Position numbers and translations under genes: made by a program. The notes beneath the pieces were generated by a model. That model was not told where the DNA came from. It did no database searches and worked only from the letters and a program-made list of their open reading frames with translations. From positions 1-55,119 of the forward strand of contig JBAZEP010000007.1 in NCBI GenBank assembly GCA_041653835.1: 55,119 nucleotides of DNA, given 5' to 3'. The DNA is from Candidatus Omnitrophota bacterium. Lineage in GTDB: Bacteria; Omnitrophota; Gorgyraeia; Gorgyraeales; Gorgyraeaceae. Of the stretch, positions 17,954 through 28,530 are shown one piece after another (position 1 is the stretch's first letter; every line of letters begins with the position of its first letter).

Positions 17954-19807
17954 TTATATATAACCTTTAAAAAAGTAATACAATATGCCCATATACTCAT
18001 GCATAATGGCCATCCATTGTCCAAATTTTACGTTTTCACTCTTATCATAAAATTGACATTTATCCGCAGGTAAATAGAGAACTTTCACTCCTTTTTTATA
18101 TTTATCAAACACTAATTTGGCCCTTAGCATATTATAAGGCGAAGATACCAATAATATGGAATCCCATCTATTATTATCTATTATTTTTTTGCAAAATATG
18201 ACATTTTCATAAGTGCTGTTCGCATTTTTTTCCAAAATAATGTCTTTTTCCTTGACCCCCATAGACATGGCGAATAGTTTCATGTTTTCCGCATCATTAT
18301 ATTTGTAGACATACCCTGATGAAAACACTATTTTATCCGCAAAACCCTTACTGTAAAGCTCAGCGGCGTATCTTGCTCTCTCTATAGTGCTTTTACCCGG
18401 ACTGCCAGTCTCTCCTACCCCTCCCCCAAACACAACTATCGCTTGAGCCTTTTGAGGCGGCTCAGATATCTCCAAAGGAGCTGCGACCATCCAGATAAAA
18501 GGAGTCTTGAATATCAATAAATATGCTGCCAGGAAGACTAACATAAATCGCAATGCCCTTCTTTTTGCCATGCGATAAAAACTTATCAGCGTCTCTTTCC
18601 ATAGCGCTTCTCTATCTATTTTTTTCTTCTCTATGGCTTTTTCTACCAATTCGCTCATTTTTTCTATACGACTGTCCCAGCTATTATCCTTGGCAGCCGC
18701 GATACGCCTGGCTTTTAACGCCGCATCTTTTTCATCAAGCGCTTTCAGGATATACGCCTTGAAATCATCATTGTCCTTTCCTATATAGACAATATCCTTG
18801 TATTCCCTATTGAACCGTACGACCTCGGGCAAAGCAACGGAGACAACTGGCTTACCCATTGCATGATATTCATTTAATTTTGTAGGGAATACTGTTTCTG
18901 TATATTCACTCAGGACATAAGGTATAATGCACACATCAAAACTATCTACATAGAAAGCCAGCTCTTTATGACTTTTTTTACCTAAAAATATAACATTTTT
19001 AAGCTCTTTCAGGCTAGCTACGTCTGTTTGAAGAGCGCCTACGAATAAAAATGTACATTCAGGCATTTGTTCTGCAAGAGACCTCACTAGCCTAAGATCT
19101 ACATGTTTATGCACACCTCCGATGTAGCCTATAATTTTGCCTTTTATATCTCGGATATCACTGGGCCGTTCGCTAAGATCGCTTACCTTGTCCTTCATGA
19201 AAGCCTTGATATTCACCCCGAACGGGAATATAGAAACGTTCTTGTTATATTTTTCACAATGTTTTTTTATCTCTTCTCCCTGCGCGAATATCAAGTCCGA
19301 TCTTTTTATTACCTTTTCTTCCGCTCTATTTATTTTGGACGGGTTCTTTACCAGCTTGCTAAAATCCGCTATACAATAATAAACTACCAACTTACTGTCT
19401 ATATTATTAATCAAGTCTAAGGCGAATCCCGTAGGCAAGAATGTCCATATGACAGGATAATCAAAATCCATTGCTTTCATCCACCTGTTCACGACAGATA
19501 GTACCAGGTATTTATTGACCCATCTTGCTAAACGAGAATAAGGGAACGGCAAAACAAGAGGAGAAAGCACATAGAGATTATCCATTACCTTGCGGATGCC
19601 TTTTACGCCTCTGAACCAGTTCTTTACCCTGTGTATTATACGCGACACATCTCTTGCTCCAGGCGAGCGAATGCCTGTATTTTCTATAAAGAGTACCTTG
19701 TTACCATTCTTGGCAAAAGTCGACATTATCTCTTGGTGCCCCTGCCACATAAAATCCCAGTCAATGGTAGCTATACAGATTATGTTCTGTCCTTTAACTA
19801 TTGGCAT
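17954..19807 (-). CDS. Fusion: GT4/TuaH-like glycosyltransferase + TM helix + DUF218 (YdcF/ElyC/SanA) domain
   Basis: N-term WDFMWQGHQEI, YYCIADF, PTKLNEYHAMGKPVV; TM FMLVFLAAYLLIF; C-term IVVFGGG, ERARYAAELY, LEKNANSTYENV, LVSSPYNMLRA, HEYMGILYY. Confidence 0.85.
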   Translation of the reverse strand: MPIVKGQNIICIATIDWDFMWQGHQEIMSTFAKNGNKVLFIENTGIRSPGARDVSRIIHRVKNWFRGVKGIRKVMDNLYVLSPLVLPFPYSRLARWVNKYLVLSVVNRWMKAMDFDYPVIWTFLPTGFALDLINNIDSKLVVYYCIADFSKLVKNPSKINRAEEKVIKRSDLIFAQGEEIKKHCEKYNKNVSIFPFGVNIKAFMKDKVSDLSERPSDIRDIKGKIIGYIGGVHKHVDLRLVRSLAEQMPECTFLFVGALQTDVASLKELKNVIFLGKKSHKELAFYVDSFDVCIIPYVLSEYTETVFPTKLNEYHAMGKPVVSVALPEVVRFNREYKDIVYIGKDNDDFKAYILKALDEKDAALKARRIAAAKDNSWDSRIEKMSELVEKAIEKKKIDREALWKETLISFYRMAKRRALRFMLVFLAAYLLIFKTPFIWMVAAPLEISEPPQKAQAIVVFGGGVGETGSPGKSTIERARYAAELYSKGFADKIVFSSGYVYKYNDAENMKLFAMSMGVKEKDIILEKNANSTYENVIFCKKIIDNNRWDSILLVSSPYNMLRAKLVFDKYKKGVKVLYLPADKCQFYDKSENVKFGQWMAIMHEYMGILYYFFKGYI

Positions 19808-21230
19808 CCAATTCCTTTCTAAAAAAGTAGCTTGATAATGCTAAAAACGACCTGAACATGCTAATAAAGGCCGTGACATTCTTTATCCTTGCAAGGTGGC
19901 CCAATATTACCCTGATCCTAAAATAAAACCTTTTGAACGCGATCTTATTATATTTTATCAACACCTCTTCACTCAAGCCAAATGGTATGAATGAAGGCTT
20001 TATATGCATATGAACGTCTTCGCTATCTGAAATAAGGCGGCCATATTTATCTAACTGGCTGAATAGCTCCGAGCCTGGAAAAGGAGCAAAATAATTTATT
20101 TTAAAATCATCCAATTTAAGCCTCAAAGAAAATTCTATAGTTTGCCTCAGGTCTTCTTCTGTCTCAAGCGGCAATCCCATCATAAAAAATCCAATAGTCT
20201 TCATGCCGCGCTCTTTGCATATTTTAACTGCTTTTTCTATTTGTTCCAGCCTTATGCCTTTTTTCAGGATATCCAGTACTTTCTGCGATCCGCTTTCTAT
20301 CCCGAATCTTATCTGCCAGCATCCTGCTTTTTTCATTTTGTCGATTATTTCTTTATTTACGCTCGACACCCTTCCCAAGCAAGACCAGCTTATCTTCATC
20401 TTTGAATCCATAAGAAGATCGCAGAATTCCAGGATACGTTTTTTCGAGACTATGAACTCATCATCATTTATCCTGATATCCCTTATCCCGTGATTATAAT
20501 AAAGGTCTTTTATCATACCCAATATATACTCTGGGCTGTGCGTCCTGTAGCGGTTCCCAAATACGCTCCTGTCGCAAAAAGTGCACATGTAGGGGCACCC
20601 TCTCGAAGTAACAATAGAAAAAGAAGGGAAATTATTCACAGCATATGCAGTAGGGATATAATGTTTTTTTATGTCGGGTAACAGGTCCCATGCCGGTATA
20701 GGCAATAAATCCAGGTCTTCTAAAAGTTCTCTTCGAGCAGTAGAGATCAACGAGCCATTTTTTCTATACGTGATGCCCTTTACACCTGAAAGGTCCTTAT
20801 TTTTTTCCAAAGCATCTAATAGTTCGATTATGGTCTTGTCCCCTTCGCCTATCACACCTATATCGAATTGAGGATATTTATTCATGACTTCTTCGTGAGT
20901 TGCAGCAATATGAGGCCCTCCTAAAATAATAATGCTTTCAGGCGCTTTTTTCTTTATCATATCAGCTAATTTTGCAGCATTGCGGATTGCTAATGTAACA
21001 GAACTAATCCCTACGTATTTAGGCTTCTTGGCTATTACAATATCCAACGCCTGATCAAACGTCAGGCCCAAAACCGGCATATCCAGGATCTCGGTCTCGT
21101 GTCCAGCTTTTCTCGTAACTGCCGCTAAATAACATAACCCGAGCAATGCTTCGCTGCTCCCTCCGGCTGCAAGTTTCCCGTACATCTCTTTTGCGCTCAA
21201 CGGAGGGCTTATAAATAGTATCTTGGGCAT
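19794..21230 (-). CDS. B12-binding-domain radical SAM protein
   Basis: LGLCYLAAV, ILGGPH, GEGD, TSRGCPYMCTFC, FGIESGSQ. Confidence 0.92.
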   Translation of the reverse strand: MPKILFISPPLSAKEMYGKLAAGGSSEALLGLCYLAAVTRKAGHETEILDMPVLGLTFDQALDIVIAKKPKYVGISSVTLAIRNAAKLADMIKKKAPESIIILGGPHIAATHEEVMNKYPQFDIGVIGEGDKTIIELLDALEKNKDLSGVKGITYRKNGSLISTARRELLEDLDLLPIPAWDLLPDIKKHYIPTAYAVNNFPSFSIVTSRGCPYMCTFCDRSVFGNRYRTHSPEYILGMIKDLYYNHGIRDIRINDDEFIVSKKRILEFCDLLMDSKMKISWSCLGRVSSVNKEIIDKMKKAGCWQIRFGIESGSQKVLDILKKGIRLEQIEKAVKICKERGMKTIGFFMMGLPLETEEDLRQTIEFSLRLKLDDFKINYFAPFPGSELFSQLDKYGRLISDSEDVHMHIKPSFIPFGLSEEVLIKYNKIAFKRFYFRIRVILGHLARIKNVTAFISMFRSFLALSSYFFRKELDANS

Positions 21231-21241
21231 TATAAATATCC

Positions 21242-22183
21242 TTATTTACTTAAAACTTTTTCAATGCATACTGAATTATCTTCTCTCTTAAGCATGAGCA
21301 TGAACTCTACTACCAGGCCTATTCCTATTAGCTGTACTCCCAGGATCATCAAAAGCGCGCCAAATAAAAGCATCGCAGAATGGCCAATATGCCCTACCAT
21401 CAGCCCGCGGATAGTAAAAAAGCTATCCAGTAAAAAACCTGAAAAGAATAAGACTATCCCGAAAGAACCAAATAAATGAAGCGGTCTTTTAGAGTATCTG
21501 GTTATAAAAAGAGTAGTTAAGAGGTCCAAAAAACCGTGCAAGAAGCGCGTAGGGCCATATTTTGATCGCCCATAGACACGCGGGTGATTGCCTACTTTTA
21601 CTTCAGATATCTTGAATCCCTTATCCAACATTAATAACGGAATGAACCTGTAAAGGTCTCCATAAAAATTGATCTCTTTCAACGCTTCTCTGCGATAAGC
21701 CTTGAGCGGACAGTTTATATCCCTTAGGCTGACTTTACTAGAAAACCTGACAAGGCTATTGAAGACCTTTGAAGTAAAACTCCGGAAAAATCCGCTTTTA
21801 CCCTGATGTTTCCAGCCGCTGACCAGGTCATAACCCTCTTTTATCTTTTCCAGCAATACAAGTATATCCTCGGGTTCATCCTGAAGATCGCCGTCCATAG
21901 TGACTATGATCTCTCCTTTTGACAGATTGAAACCGCACGAGTAAGCTGCTGCTTTACCAAAATTCTTGCGGAACTTTATCACCCTTACCTTGTTATCAGA
22001 TCCATGGATATCGCTCAATATAGAAAAACTATTATCAGTACTGCCATCATCAATAAATAATATCTCGTACTCTAGGCCTGAGCCCGACAATACCCCTGTA
22101 AGTTTTTTATGCAGGATACCCAGGCTTTCGGCTTCATTATAAACAGGGATGACTACTGAAAGATAAATCGATCTAGTGGGCAC
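21242..22183 (-). CDS. GT2 ArnC/GtrB-like undecaprenyl-phosphate glycosyltransferase with two C-terminal TM helices
   Basis: IPVYNE, DDGSTD, RKNFGKAAA, MDGDLQDEP, DINCPLKAYR, RVYGRSKYG. Confidence 0.88.
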   Translation of the reverse strand: MPTRSIYLSVVIPVYNEAESLGILHKKLTGVLSGSGLEYEILFIDDGSTDNSFSILSDIHGSDNKVRVIKFRKNFGKAAAYSCGFNLSKGEIIVTMDGDLQDEPEDILVLLEKIKEGYDLVSGWKHQGKSGFFRSFTSKVFNSLVRFSSKVSLRDINCPLKAYRREALKEINFYGDLYRFIPLLMLDKGFKISEVKVGNHPRVYGRSKYGPTRFLHGFLDLLTTLFITRYSKRPLHLFGSFGIVLFFSGFLLDSFFTIRGLMVGHIGHSAMLLFGALLMILGVQLIGIGLVVEFMLMLKREDNSVCIEKVLSK

Positions 22184-23555
22184 ATTGACCTCCTTGATAT
22201 TTGTTAACGATAGCTACGCTATAAGAAAATGCTAAAGCAAAGAAAAACCATACGAATCTAAAATTCATTATATCCATGTCCATGCTTTGTACCAGAAAAC
22301 CTATGCCTACCGCAAAGAACGTGTTCAGCATAAGTTTTTCACCAGCCTCTTTTGCTATTTTACTGCAATCCATGATCTTTTTAAACATGAAAAACCATAG
22401 AAGGCATAGCGCACTAAAACCTATCAGCCCAGTCTGGCTAAGCTGCCCTAAAAAAGTAGAGTGAGGATCAAAAGCCCTGAAATGCCTGGGTAATATTCTT
22501 TGGTTCTCTAATTTCACTATCTCATCATTATACATGCCTACTCCGATACCGAAAAAAGGCTTTTCAAGCCACATCCTTATAGAAGCTTTTTTCAATAAAG
22601 AGTATGCTGTATCAAGATAATCAAAATGGATATCAAACCCTTTTATTTCATCTGTGTTCAGGGGATAAGACCTGCCGTTATCTGCGAAGTTTTCATTAAT
22701 GTAAGATGTTTTATTGACCTTGATATTCGCTACCTCCCACCTCGAAACCAGCAATATGCTGATGCCAAAAATAACTATAAAACCTAAAAGAAATATCTTC
22801 ATCGCATTAACATATCTGGAAGGCTGCAAATGACGCAACACAAGATACAAAGCTATAGAGATGCCTAACCATCCTCGTGAAAAAGTAAGGAACAACACTA
22901 AGAAGAACAATAGAAGCGCTATTTTAAGCCAGCGCCTATCAATTTTATCCCTTATGACTAGAAAAGTCACTGTGAAGGGAATAGCAATTGTCAAATAACT
23001 GCTAAGGAACTTCGCATTTATCAAAAACGTTGAATAGACGCGATAAATATGGCCTATGTAAGGAAAATCCATATATTCTTTTACAAGAAATGTCTTTATA
23101 TTAAAAAATGTGGCTAAAATAAAACCTAAAAGCCCTAGAGCACTTATGACCACACTTGTAATCAACCAGACCAAGATAAGTTTCTCTATCGATCTCTTAT
23201 CTTTTAATACATTCAAAAACACCACGAAAATAAATACGCCGTAGGACATAGCTATGAATTCAACTAAACTCTTGTTAAGATCAGCTGAATTCAATAAAGA
23301 TAAGGCGCAAGAAACAAGATAAAATATCAGTATCCAAAAATATTTAAAAAAATAGAACTTTTCTTCTTTCTTCAAAAGCTTCACGATCCATACAAAAAAT
23401 AAAAGCATGAAAAATATATCGAATACCTGTAATTTTGCAGCAAAAGACAAGCCGAATAAAGGCTTTTCAGGAGTATTGAACATCAACGGGATAATAGCTA
23501 CTAATAATGCCGTCATAAAAAATAATGATCTTGATATTCTGTCTTTCATATTCAC
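22173..23555 (-). CDS. O-antigen ligase / Wzy polymerase family membrane protein
   Basis: About 10-11 TM segments, LTFSRGWLGI, large loop with PFFGIGVG and HSTFLGQLSQTGLIG (Wzy_C-type motif). Confidence 0.85.
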   Translation of the reverse strand: MNMKDRISRSLFFMTALLVAIIPLMFNTPEKPLFGLSFAAKLQVFDIFFMLLFFVWIVKLLKKEEKFYFFKYFWILIFYLVSCALSLLNSADLNKSLVEFIAMSYGVFIFVVFLNVLKDKRSIEKLILVWLITSVVISALGLLGFILATFFNIKTFLVKEYMDFPYIGHIYRVYSTFLINAKFLSSYLTIAIPFTVTFLVIRDKIDRRWLKIALLLFFLVLFLTFSRGWLGISIALYLVLRHLQPSRYVNAMKIFLLGFIVIFGISILLVSRWEVANIKVNKTSYINENFADNGRSYPLNTDEIKGFDIHFDYLDTAYSLLKKASIRMWLEKPFFGIGVGMYNDEIVKLENQRILPRHFRAFDPHSTFLGQLSQTGLIGFSALCLLWFFMFKKIMDCSKIAKEAGEKLMLNTFFAVGIGFLVQSMDMDIMNFRFVWFFFALAFSYSVAIVNKYQGGQCAH

Positions 23556-23559
23556 CTCG

Positions 23560-24144
23560 TTAAACTTCGCATATGGCTATCATCCACGGGAATGAGATCA
23601 TGAGCTTTATTTTTTTGTTAAAATACGGCTTTAATAACTTTAAAAATCCCTTGGGCCCCCAGTTCCATACATGCTCGGGCGTGTTCCCGAAAGCAGTTAT
23701 ATGCCTGAATCTTAAAAAATTACATATACGAAAATATGGCTCAAAAGGAACGCTATAAATACAATACTTGCCAGCGACTCGCTTTGTTTCCATTATCGCT
23801 TTTTCCATATCAGGCAGATGCTCCAATACTTCAAGGGCCAAAACAAGTTCGAATTCTTTGGAAGCGTAATCTAAACTATGAATATCCCCTTTCCTGAGAT
23901 CAAAGTAAACATTGTGACTTCTTGCTTCTTTTATCGCTTCTTCATCTATATCTATTCCACATATATGCAGCTTATCGTTTTTAGATATCAGGTACTTGCC
24001 TACCATGCCTTCTCCGCAGCCCGCATCCAGTATGCGCGTGGTATTTGCTTTGCTTATGGTATTAGCTATATTTTTTAAAAAATTATTCACCAATGCCCGC
24101 TGGACGATATTCTTATTATTATATTTTTTTAAATTGCCTCTCAT
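23560..24144 (-). CDS. Class I SAM-dependent methyltransferase
   Basis: ILDAGCGEG, GIDID, LALEVLEHL. Confidence 0.88.
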   Translation of the reverse strand: MRGNLKKYNNKNIVQRALVNNFLKNIANTISKANTTRILDAGCGEGMVGKYLISKNDKLHICGIDIDEEAIKEARSHNVYFDLRKGDIHSLDYASKEFELVLALEVLEHLPDMEKAIMETKRVAGKYCIYSVPFEPYFRICNFLRFRHITAFGNTPEHVWNWGPKGFLKLLKPYFNKKIKLMISFPWMIAICEV

Positions 24145-24150
24145 ATGTCC

Positions 24151-24882
24151 TTATTTTTTAATAATAATATTTTTCAATTTAGCTAATAAATGCCAGATGC
24201 AGAAATCACTATTATCTATGGCATTACACCCGATATAGGGCTCAAAACCATCTAACGGCTTATTCTTTTCAATGAAAGACCTGTCATTTGCGATCTTATC
24301 TGTCCAGGCTTTCGGATTTTTCGAAGCTATGCAAAAGATATAGACTGATGAATTCTTATGGCTATTAAAACTCAGGTACAATGGCGTCATGGCATTATCT
24401 TTGAACAAACGCTCTATGGTCAATGGTGTAAATCTCCAGTAATCCCCGAACTCAGAATGCATTTGCTGCAAGAACGGCACTACCACTATGGCCACATCCT
24501 TGGTCATCGAGCAAAGATTCCTGAACGCCTTATTTACATCAAAGATATGCTCCAGCACTGTATGGCTAAAAACCACGTCAAACCTATTCAATAACTCTCG
24601 AGGGATGTCTTTTTCCATATCCAGGAAGATCTCGTTCTCATACCCCTGAAAACCCATTGCTTCGGACTTGAAATTAGTGATCGTGTAAGCACTGGCCTTG
24701 ACAAAATAATCTTTATAATAGCCTCCTTCTTTATCCTCATCTTTCCACCCGCTTATATTCGCAATATGGCCTGAAAAAAGAGACGCGAATTTACGCAACT
24801 CTTTATTGGACCATTTACGAGGTAACCGATATTTTCTATCTATAAATAAACTTTTCATAGCAGCATCCTTTCTATGATTCAA
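24151..24882 (-). CDS. Methyltransferase-like protein (divergent motif I)
   Basis: FDVVFSHTVLEHI, VPFLQQMH..FGDYWRFT resemble type-11 methyltransferases in glycan loci. Confidence 0.7.
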   Translation of the reverse strand: MNHRKDAAMKSLFIDRKYRLPRKWSNKELRKFASLFSGHIANISGWKDEDKEGGYYKDYFVKASAYTITNFKSEAMGFQGYENEIFLDMEKDIPRELLNRFDVVFSHTVLEHIFDVNKAFRNLCSMTKDVAIVVVPFLQQMHSEFGDYWRFTPLTIERLFKDNAMTPLYLSFNSHKNSSVYIFCIASKNPKAWTDKIANDRSFIEKNKPLDGFEPYIGCNAIDNSDFCIWHLLAKLKNIIIKK

Positions 24883-26032
24883 ACTTGGATAACACTAATC
24901 CCATCCTGGCATCCCAGCTATTTTTAGAAGCGATATCCTTGCGCCTTTTTATAGGATCGGCCTCGCTCTTAGATTCTAACGCTTTTTTTATGCACCTTAT
25001 AAAATCTTCTTTGTCCTTAGCTACAAAAATATCATCAATACCCCTGACCTCTTCGGAAAAATCAGTAGAGACGACTGGTTTACCCAAAGCAAGGTATTCA
25101 TATAATTTCAAAGGAGATACGTTTTCCATGAACTTATTCTTTTGATAAGGTATAAGACAAACATCAAAGAAGCGGACATAAGACGGGATATCTAGATGGG
25201 TTTTTGGCCCTAAAAAATGCACATTACGTATTTTCTGTAATTTACTGAAACTTCTCGATCCTCTCAATATCGGACCTATCAACACCAGCGACCAGTCTGG
25301 TTTTTCCAGGCTCATGTGTTCCAAGATATCTATATCCAGCACCCTGTCGTCTAGGTATCCTACTAACCCGATGATAGGCTTTTTTATATCCTTTATGTCT
25401 TTTGGTAGTTCTTGTTCCATAGGAATTTTATTAAATAGCTCTATATCTACAGCGCTAGGAAAAAAAACTACATTTTTATTCAACTTGCTATATCTTATAC
25501 ATAAAGTCTTTGTCAAAGCAAACAACAGATCTGAAAGTTTCGCGAGTTCATCTTCCATTCTTATCGTCGTATGCCTGCGTAATAGATTTCTTTTCTCAAT
25601 AGAAAAATCCGCTATGCAATGATATACCAAAAAAATGCCTTTCATGTATTTTACAAGGTCTATGGCTATAGGAGGATAAACCCATGCTATGGAAGGATCA
25701 AATCCTATTTTCTTCATCTCTTTCATCATCGCAGAATATAATAGCGCCTGATTCAGCTTGTTCACGAACCTGAAATAATATCCCCAGGGTAATAAATAAA
25801 AAGGTGGGGTATAGATAAATAGATTCTCATTTAACTTTGATATCTTGCCAAAAGCATTCAGAAGTTTTTTCCAATACCCTCTTTTAAATAAATGCAGAAG
25901 ATTCGACTGATACTCTACATAGAATACCCGGTTATTTGCCGAGAGCCTGCTCATCAGATGCTGCTTGCTCCCCCACGAACAGCCCCAGTCTGAAGTAGAA
26001 ACACATATTATATCTTTTCCTTTTAAAGTCAT
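24872..26032 (-). CDS. GT4/TuaH-like glycosyltransferase
   Basis: WGSKQHLM, YHCIADF, FDVCLIPY, SPLKLYEYLALGKPVVST. Confidence 0.88.
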   Translation of the reverse strand: MTLKGKDIICVSTSDWGCSWGSKQHLMSRLSANNRVFYVEYQSNLLHLFKRGYWKKLLNAFGKISKLNENLFIYTPPFYLLPWGYYFRFVNKLNQALLYSAMMKEMKKIGFDPSIAWVYPPIAIDLVKYMKGIFLVYHCIADFSIEKRNLLRRHTTIRMEDELAKLSDLLFALTKTLCIRYSKLNKNVVFFPSAVDIELFNKIPMEQELPKDIKDIKKPIIGLVGYLDDRVLDIDILEHMSLEKPDWSLVLIGPILRGSRSFSKLQKIRNVHFLGPKTHLDIPSYVRFFDVCLIPYQKNKFMENVSPLKLYEYLALGKPVVSTDFSEEVRGIDDIFVAKDKEDFIRCIKKALESKSEADPIKRRKDIASKNSWDARMGLVLSKFES

Positions 26033-27024
26033 TTTATCCTTATAGACTTATTAAAATCTTCTGTAAAATTACATTCCTTGCACATATCAAGAACCCTTCC
26101 GAAAACTTTTTTTCGATAATCAGCATATTCTCTTGAACGCCATATCTGGCGCAATGGCGTATTCAGGATGTTTCCTACAACGTGCCTGCCATTGAAATCC
26201 AGGCAGCACAATATAACATCTCCATTGTAAAGCACTACCATATCATTGAGAGGGAATATGCAGGGATTATCTCCTTTCTGTCTTTTGAAAGTGTCGCTAG
26301 TTGCATACCTTGAATGTTTTATATCGATAGGTAATAATTTGGCAGCTAATCGTTCTTTTTCTTTTTCAGGAAGCCAGAATCCTATATTCAGGTTCAGGCT
26401 CTTAAATACGACTTTATCTACGCTCAGATCCATTGCCAGGCGCTTGATCGTATCTAGCTGGGATTCATTGCTTTTCATTACTATCGTCTGAAGGGTGATT
26501 TTAGGGAATAGCCTATTCTCTGCGCGCTTCCTGTCGCATAATTTTTTTATCCCTCCATATATTTTTTTAAAATCAGCTCCTTCCCGAAAACTTGATAACG
26601 CTTCTTGGTCTGAGCCATCCAAAGAAATGGTTATATATTTAAGTCCGCTTTCGATTATCTCATCTATGTGATGCTCCAACTCCATGCCATTTGTATCAAA
26701 GCCTGTTGGTATTCCCTTGGCTGAAGCCAAGGAGATCATCTTGAATAGCTGCTTATTAAGAAGAGGTTCTCCTGAATAACCAAGATCGAGTTTATCTATT
26801 TTCCAATCAAGCTGCTCTATCAATGCTTGGAACGTCTCCATAGCCATGAACCCAGTAGGCCTCTTCATAGCATTAGCCGTAGGGCAAGTAGGGCAGTTAA
26901 GCATACAAATATTCCCAGTCTCCACTACCACGATTCTAGGAAGACGCATCTTTGCTAAAAATCCCATCCTGTACATTGCGTGCCGTAACATAGGGCCTGC
27001 GCATCTTTTTAATGACAATTCCAT
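26029..27024 (-). CDS. Radical SAM protein with C-terminal SPASM/twitch domain
   Basis: ETGNICMLNCPTC, SGEPLLN, TNG, ISLDG; CIFP...GDVILCC...GNI...CKEC. Confidence 0.9.
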   Translation of the reverse strand: MELSLKRCAGPMLRHAMYRMGFLAKMRLPRIVVVETGNICMLNCPTCPTANAMKRPTGFMAMETFQALIEQLDWKIDKLDLGYSGEPLLNKQLFKMISLASAKGIPTGFDTNGMELEHHIDEIIESGLKYITISLDGSDQEALSSFREGADFKKIYGGIKKLCDRKRAENRLFPKITLQTIVMKSNESQLDTIKRLAMDLSVDKVVFKSLNLNIGFWLPEKEKERLAAKLLPIDIKHSRYATSDTFKRQKGDNPCIFPLNDMVVLYNGDVILCCLDFNGRHVVGNILNTPLRQIWRSREYADYRKKVFGRVLDMCKECNFTEDFNKSIRIK

Positions 27025-28520
27025 CCTAGTGTGGTCCTTTTTATGGCATATCTTGCGAGCCTATTAATGAATCCAAGAGGATGCTTTGACATATATGAAT
27101 AGCGTAACGAGAGTTTTTTAAATATCGAACTCTGGGCCTTATTGTAATCATCTACGTACTTTGACATATCCTTTAGCTGTTTCTTAAAATCCTCCGTATC
27201 CATTGCATTCGCAAAATTATGACTTCCTCCTTTTGTCTCTACTACATCCCAATCCACGTTTTTAAGAAGTCCTAGCTCTTCACAACGCTCGTAAAGCTGG
27301 GTCCCTGGATAGGGCGCAAAGACATTAAGGAATAATCTGGAAGGCTTTATTTTTTTCATAAAAGAAAAAGTTTCTATCATGTCCGCTTTTGTCTCGTCTG
27401 GGAATCCTACTATAAAATACGCTTTCCACGGCATCTTTGCTTTTTTTAGAAGGTCTTGAGCTTCCAGTACTTTATCCAGCGATATGTTTTTATCTATCTG
27501 GTCCAGAGTTTTTTTACTGCCTGATTCTATGCCTAAAAATACTGTAAAGCACCCTGCTTGTTTCATTTTTTTAAGCGCTTCGCTAGACAAAAGATCTACC
27601 CTGGTAGCGCAGCTCCAGAGAAACGGACTTTTCTTGCTTATCAGTATATCGCAAAACCTGTAAAAATAATCTTTGTTCAATGTAAACGTATCATCCCATA
27701 TATGGAACTCCCTGCTTCCATAATTTTTCTGTATATGTTCCATTTCCGCTGCAACATTATCTGGACTACGGAAACGGATTGTCTTTCCCCAGACATTTTT
27801 AACGCTACAGAACTTGCAATTGAACGGACAGCCTCTGGAGCCTATCAGGTCTGTCATGAATGTAGAAAACACAGCTTTCTGATAATTATGCACATTAAGC
27901 AGTCCACCCCTATCTGGAAAAGGCAACGTATCTATATTTTCTATCATAGGAGCTTTGTCATTAAATATAAATTCGTTTCCTTTCTTAGTTACGATGCTTC
28001 CTATATCCTTGAATGCTTTTTCACCTTTCAGAAAATCCATAAGGCCTTTCAGGGGTATCTCCCCTTCGCCTGTGATCACGAAATCAATGTTTTCCGTAAA
28101 ACAAGATATAGGATCCACTGATGCATGCGGCCCGCCTATCACGACTTTTATATCCTTATCAATGGCTTTTACCAACTCGGCTATCCTTTTTGTCACGCCC
28201 AATGCAACGGTCACTGTCCCAATGCCAACGACAGCTGGTTTTTCAGTAGCTATAACATGCCCGATCTCTTTCCATATTGGGTCATCATAATCATATATTC
28301 TTTTCTTCACTTGCTGCGATAAGGTCAAATTCGCAAGCTGACCCCCATAGCTTGCTTCTTTAGCCTTTTCATCCGGAGCAGGTATCTCTGCATTATATAT
28401 CACTGCCTGGTGCCCAACTTGTTTAGCCATAGCGGACAGATAGCCCAGGCCCAGGGGAAAATATATATTTTCGATATTCTTGAACCTTATATAGGGCGGA
28501 TTTATGAATAATATTTTCAT
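27009..28520 (-). CDS. B12-binding-domain radical SAM protein
   Basis: PLGLGYLSA, IGGPHAS, GEGE, SRGCPFNCKFC, LGIESGS. Confidence 0.92.
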   Translation of the reverse strand: MKILFINPPYIRFKNIENIYFPLGLGYLSAMAKQVGHQAVIYNAEIPAPDEKAKEASYGGQLANLTLSQQVKKRIYDYDDPIWKEIGHVIATEKPAVVGIGTVTVALGVTKRIAELVKAIDKDIKVVIGGPHASVDPISCFTENIDFVITGEGEIPLKGLMDFLKGEKAFKDIGSIVTKKGNEFIFNDKAPMIENIDTLPFPDRGGLLNVHNYQKAVFSTFMTDLIGSRGCPFNCKFCSVKNVWGKTIRFRSPDNVAAEMEHIQKNYGSREFHIWDDTFTLNKDYFYRFCDILISKKSPFLWSCATRVDLLSSEALKKMKQAGCFTVFLGIESGSKKTLDQIDKNISLDKVLEAQDLLKKAKMPWKAYFIVGFPDETKADMIETFSFMKKIKPSRLFLNVFAPYPGTQLYERCEELGLLKNVDWDVVETKGGSHNFANAMDTEDFKKQLKDMSKYVDDYNKAQSSIFKKLSLRYSYMSKHPLGFINRLARYAIKRTTLGWNCH

Positions 28521-28530
28521 ACGATGATAA

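Noticed and set aside
20711-20745. TTCGAGCAG match to the repeat inner arm inside a radical SAM gene
   Set aside because: Only about 9 nt match with no partner arm or outer motif; expected by chance.
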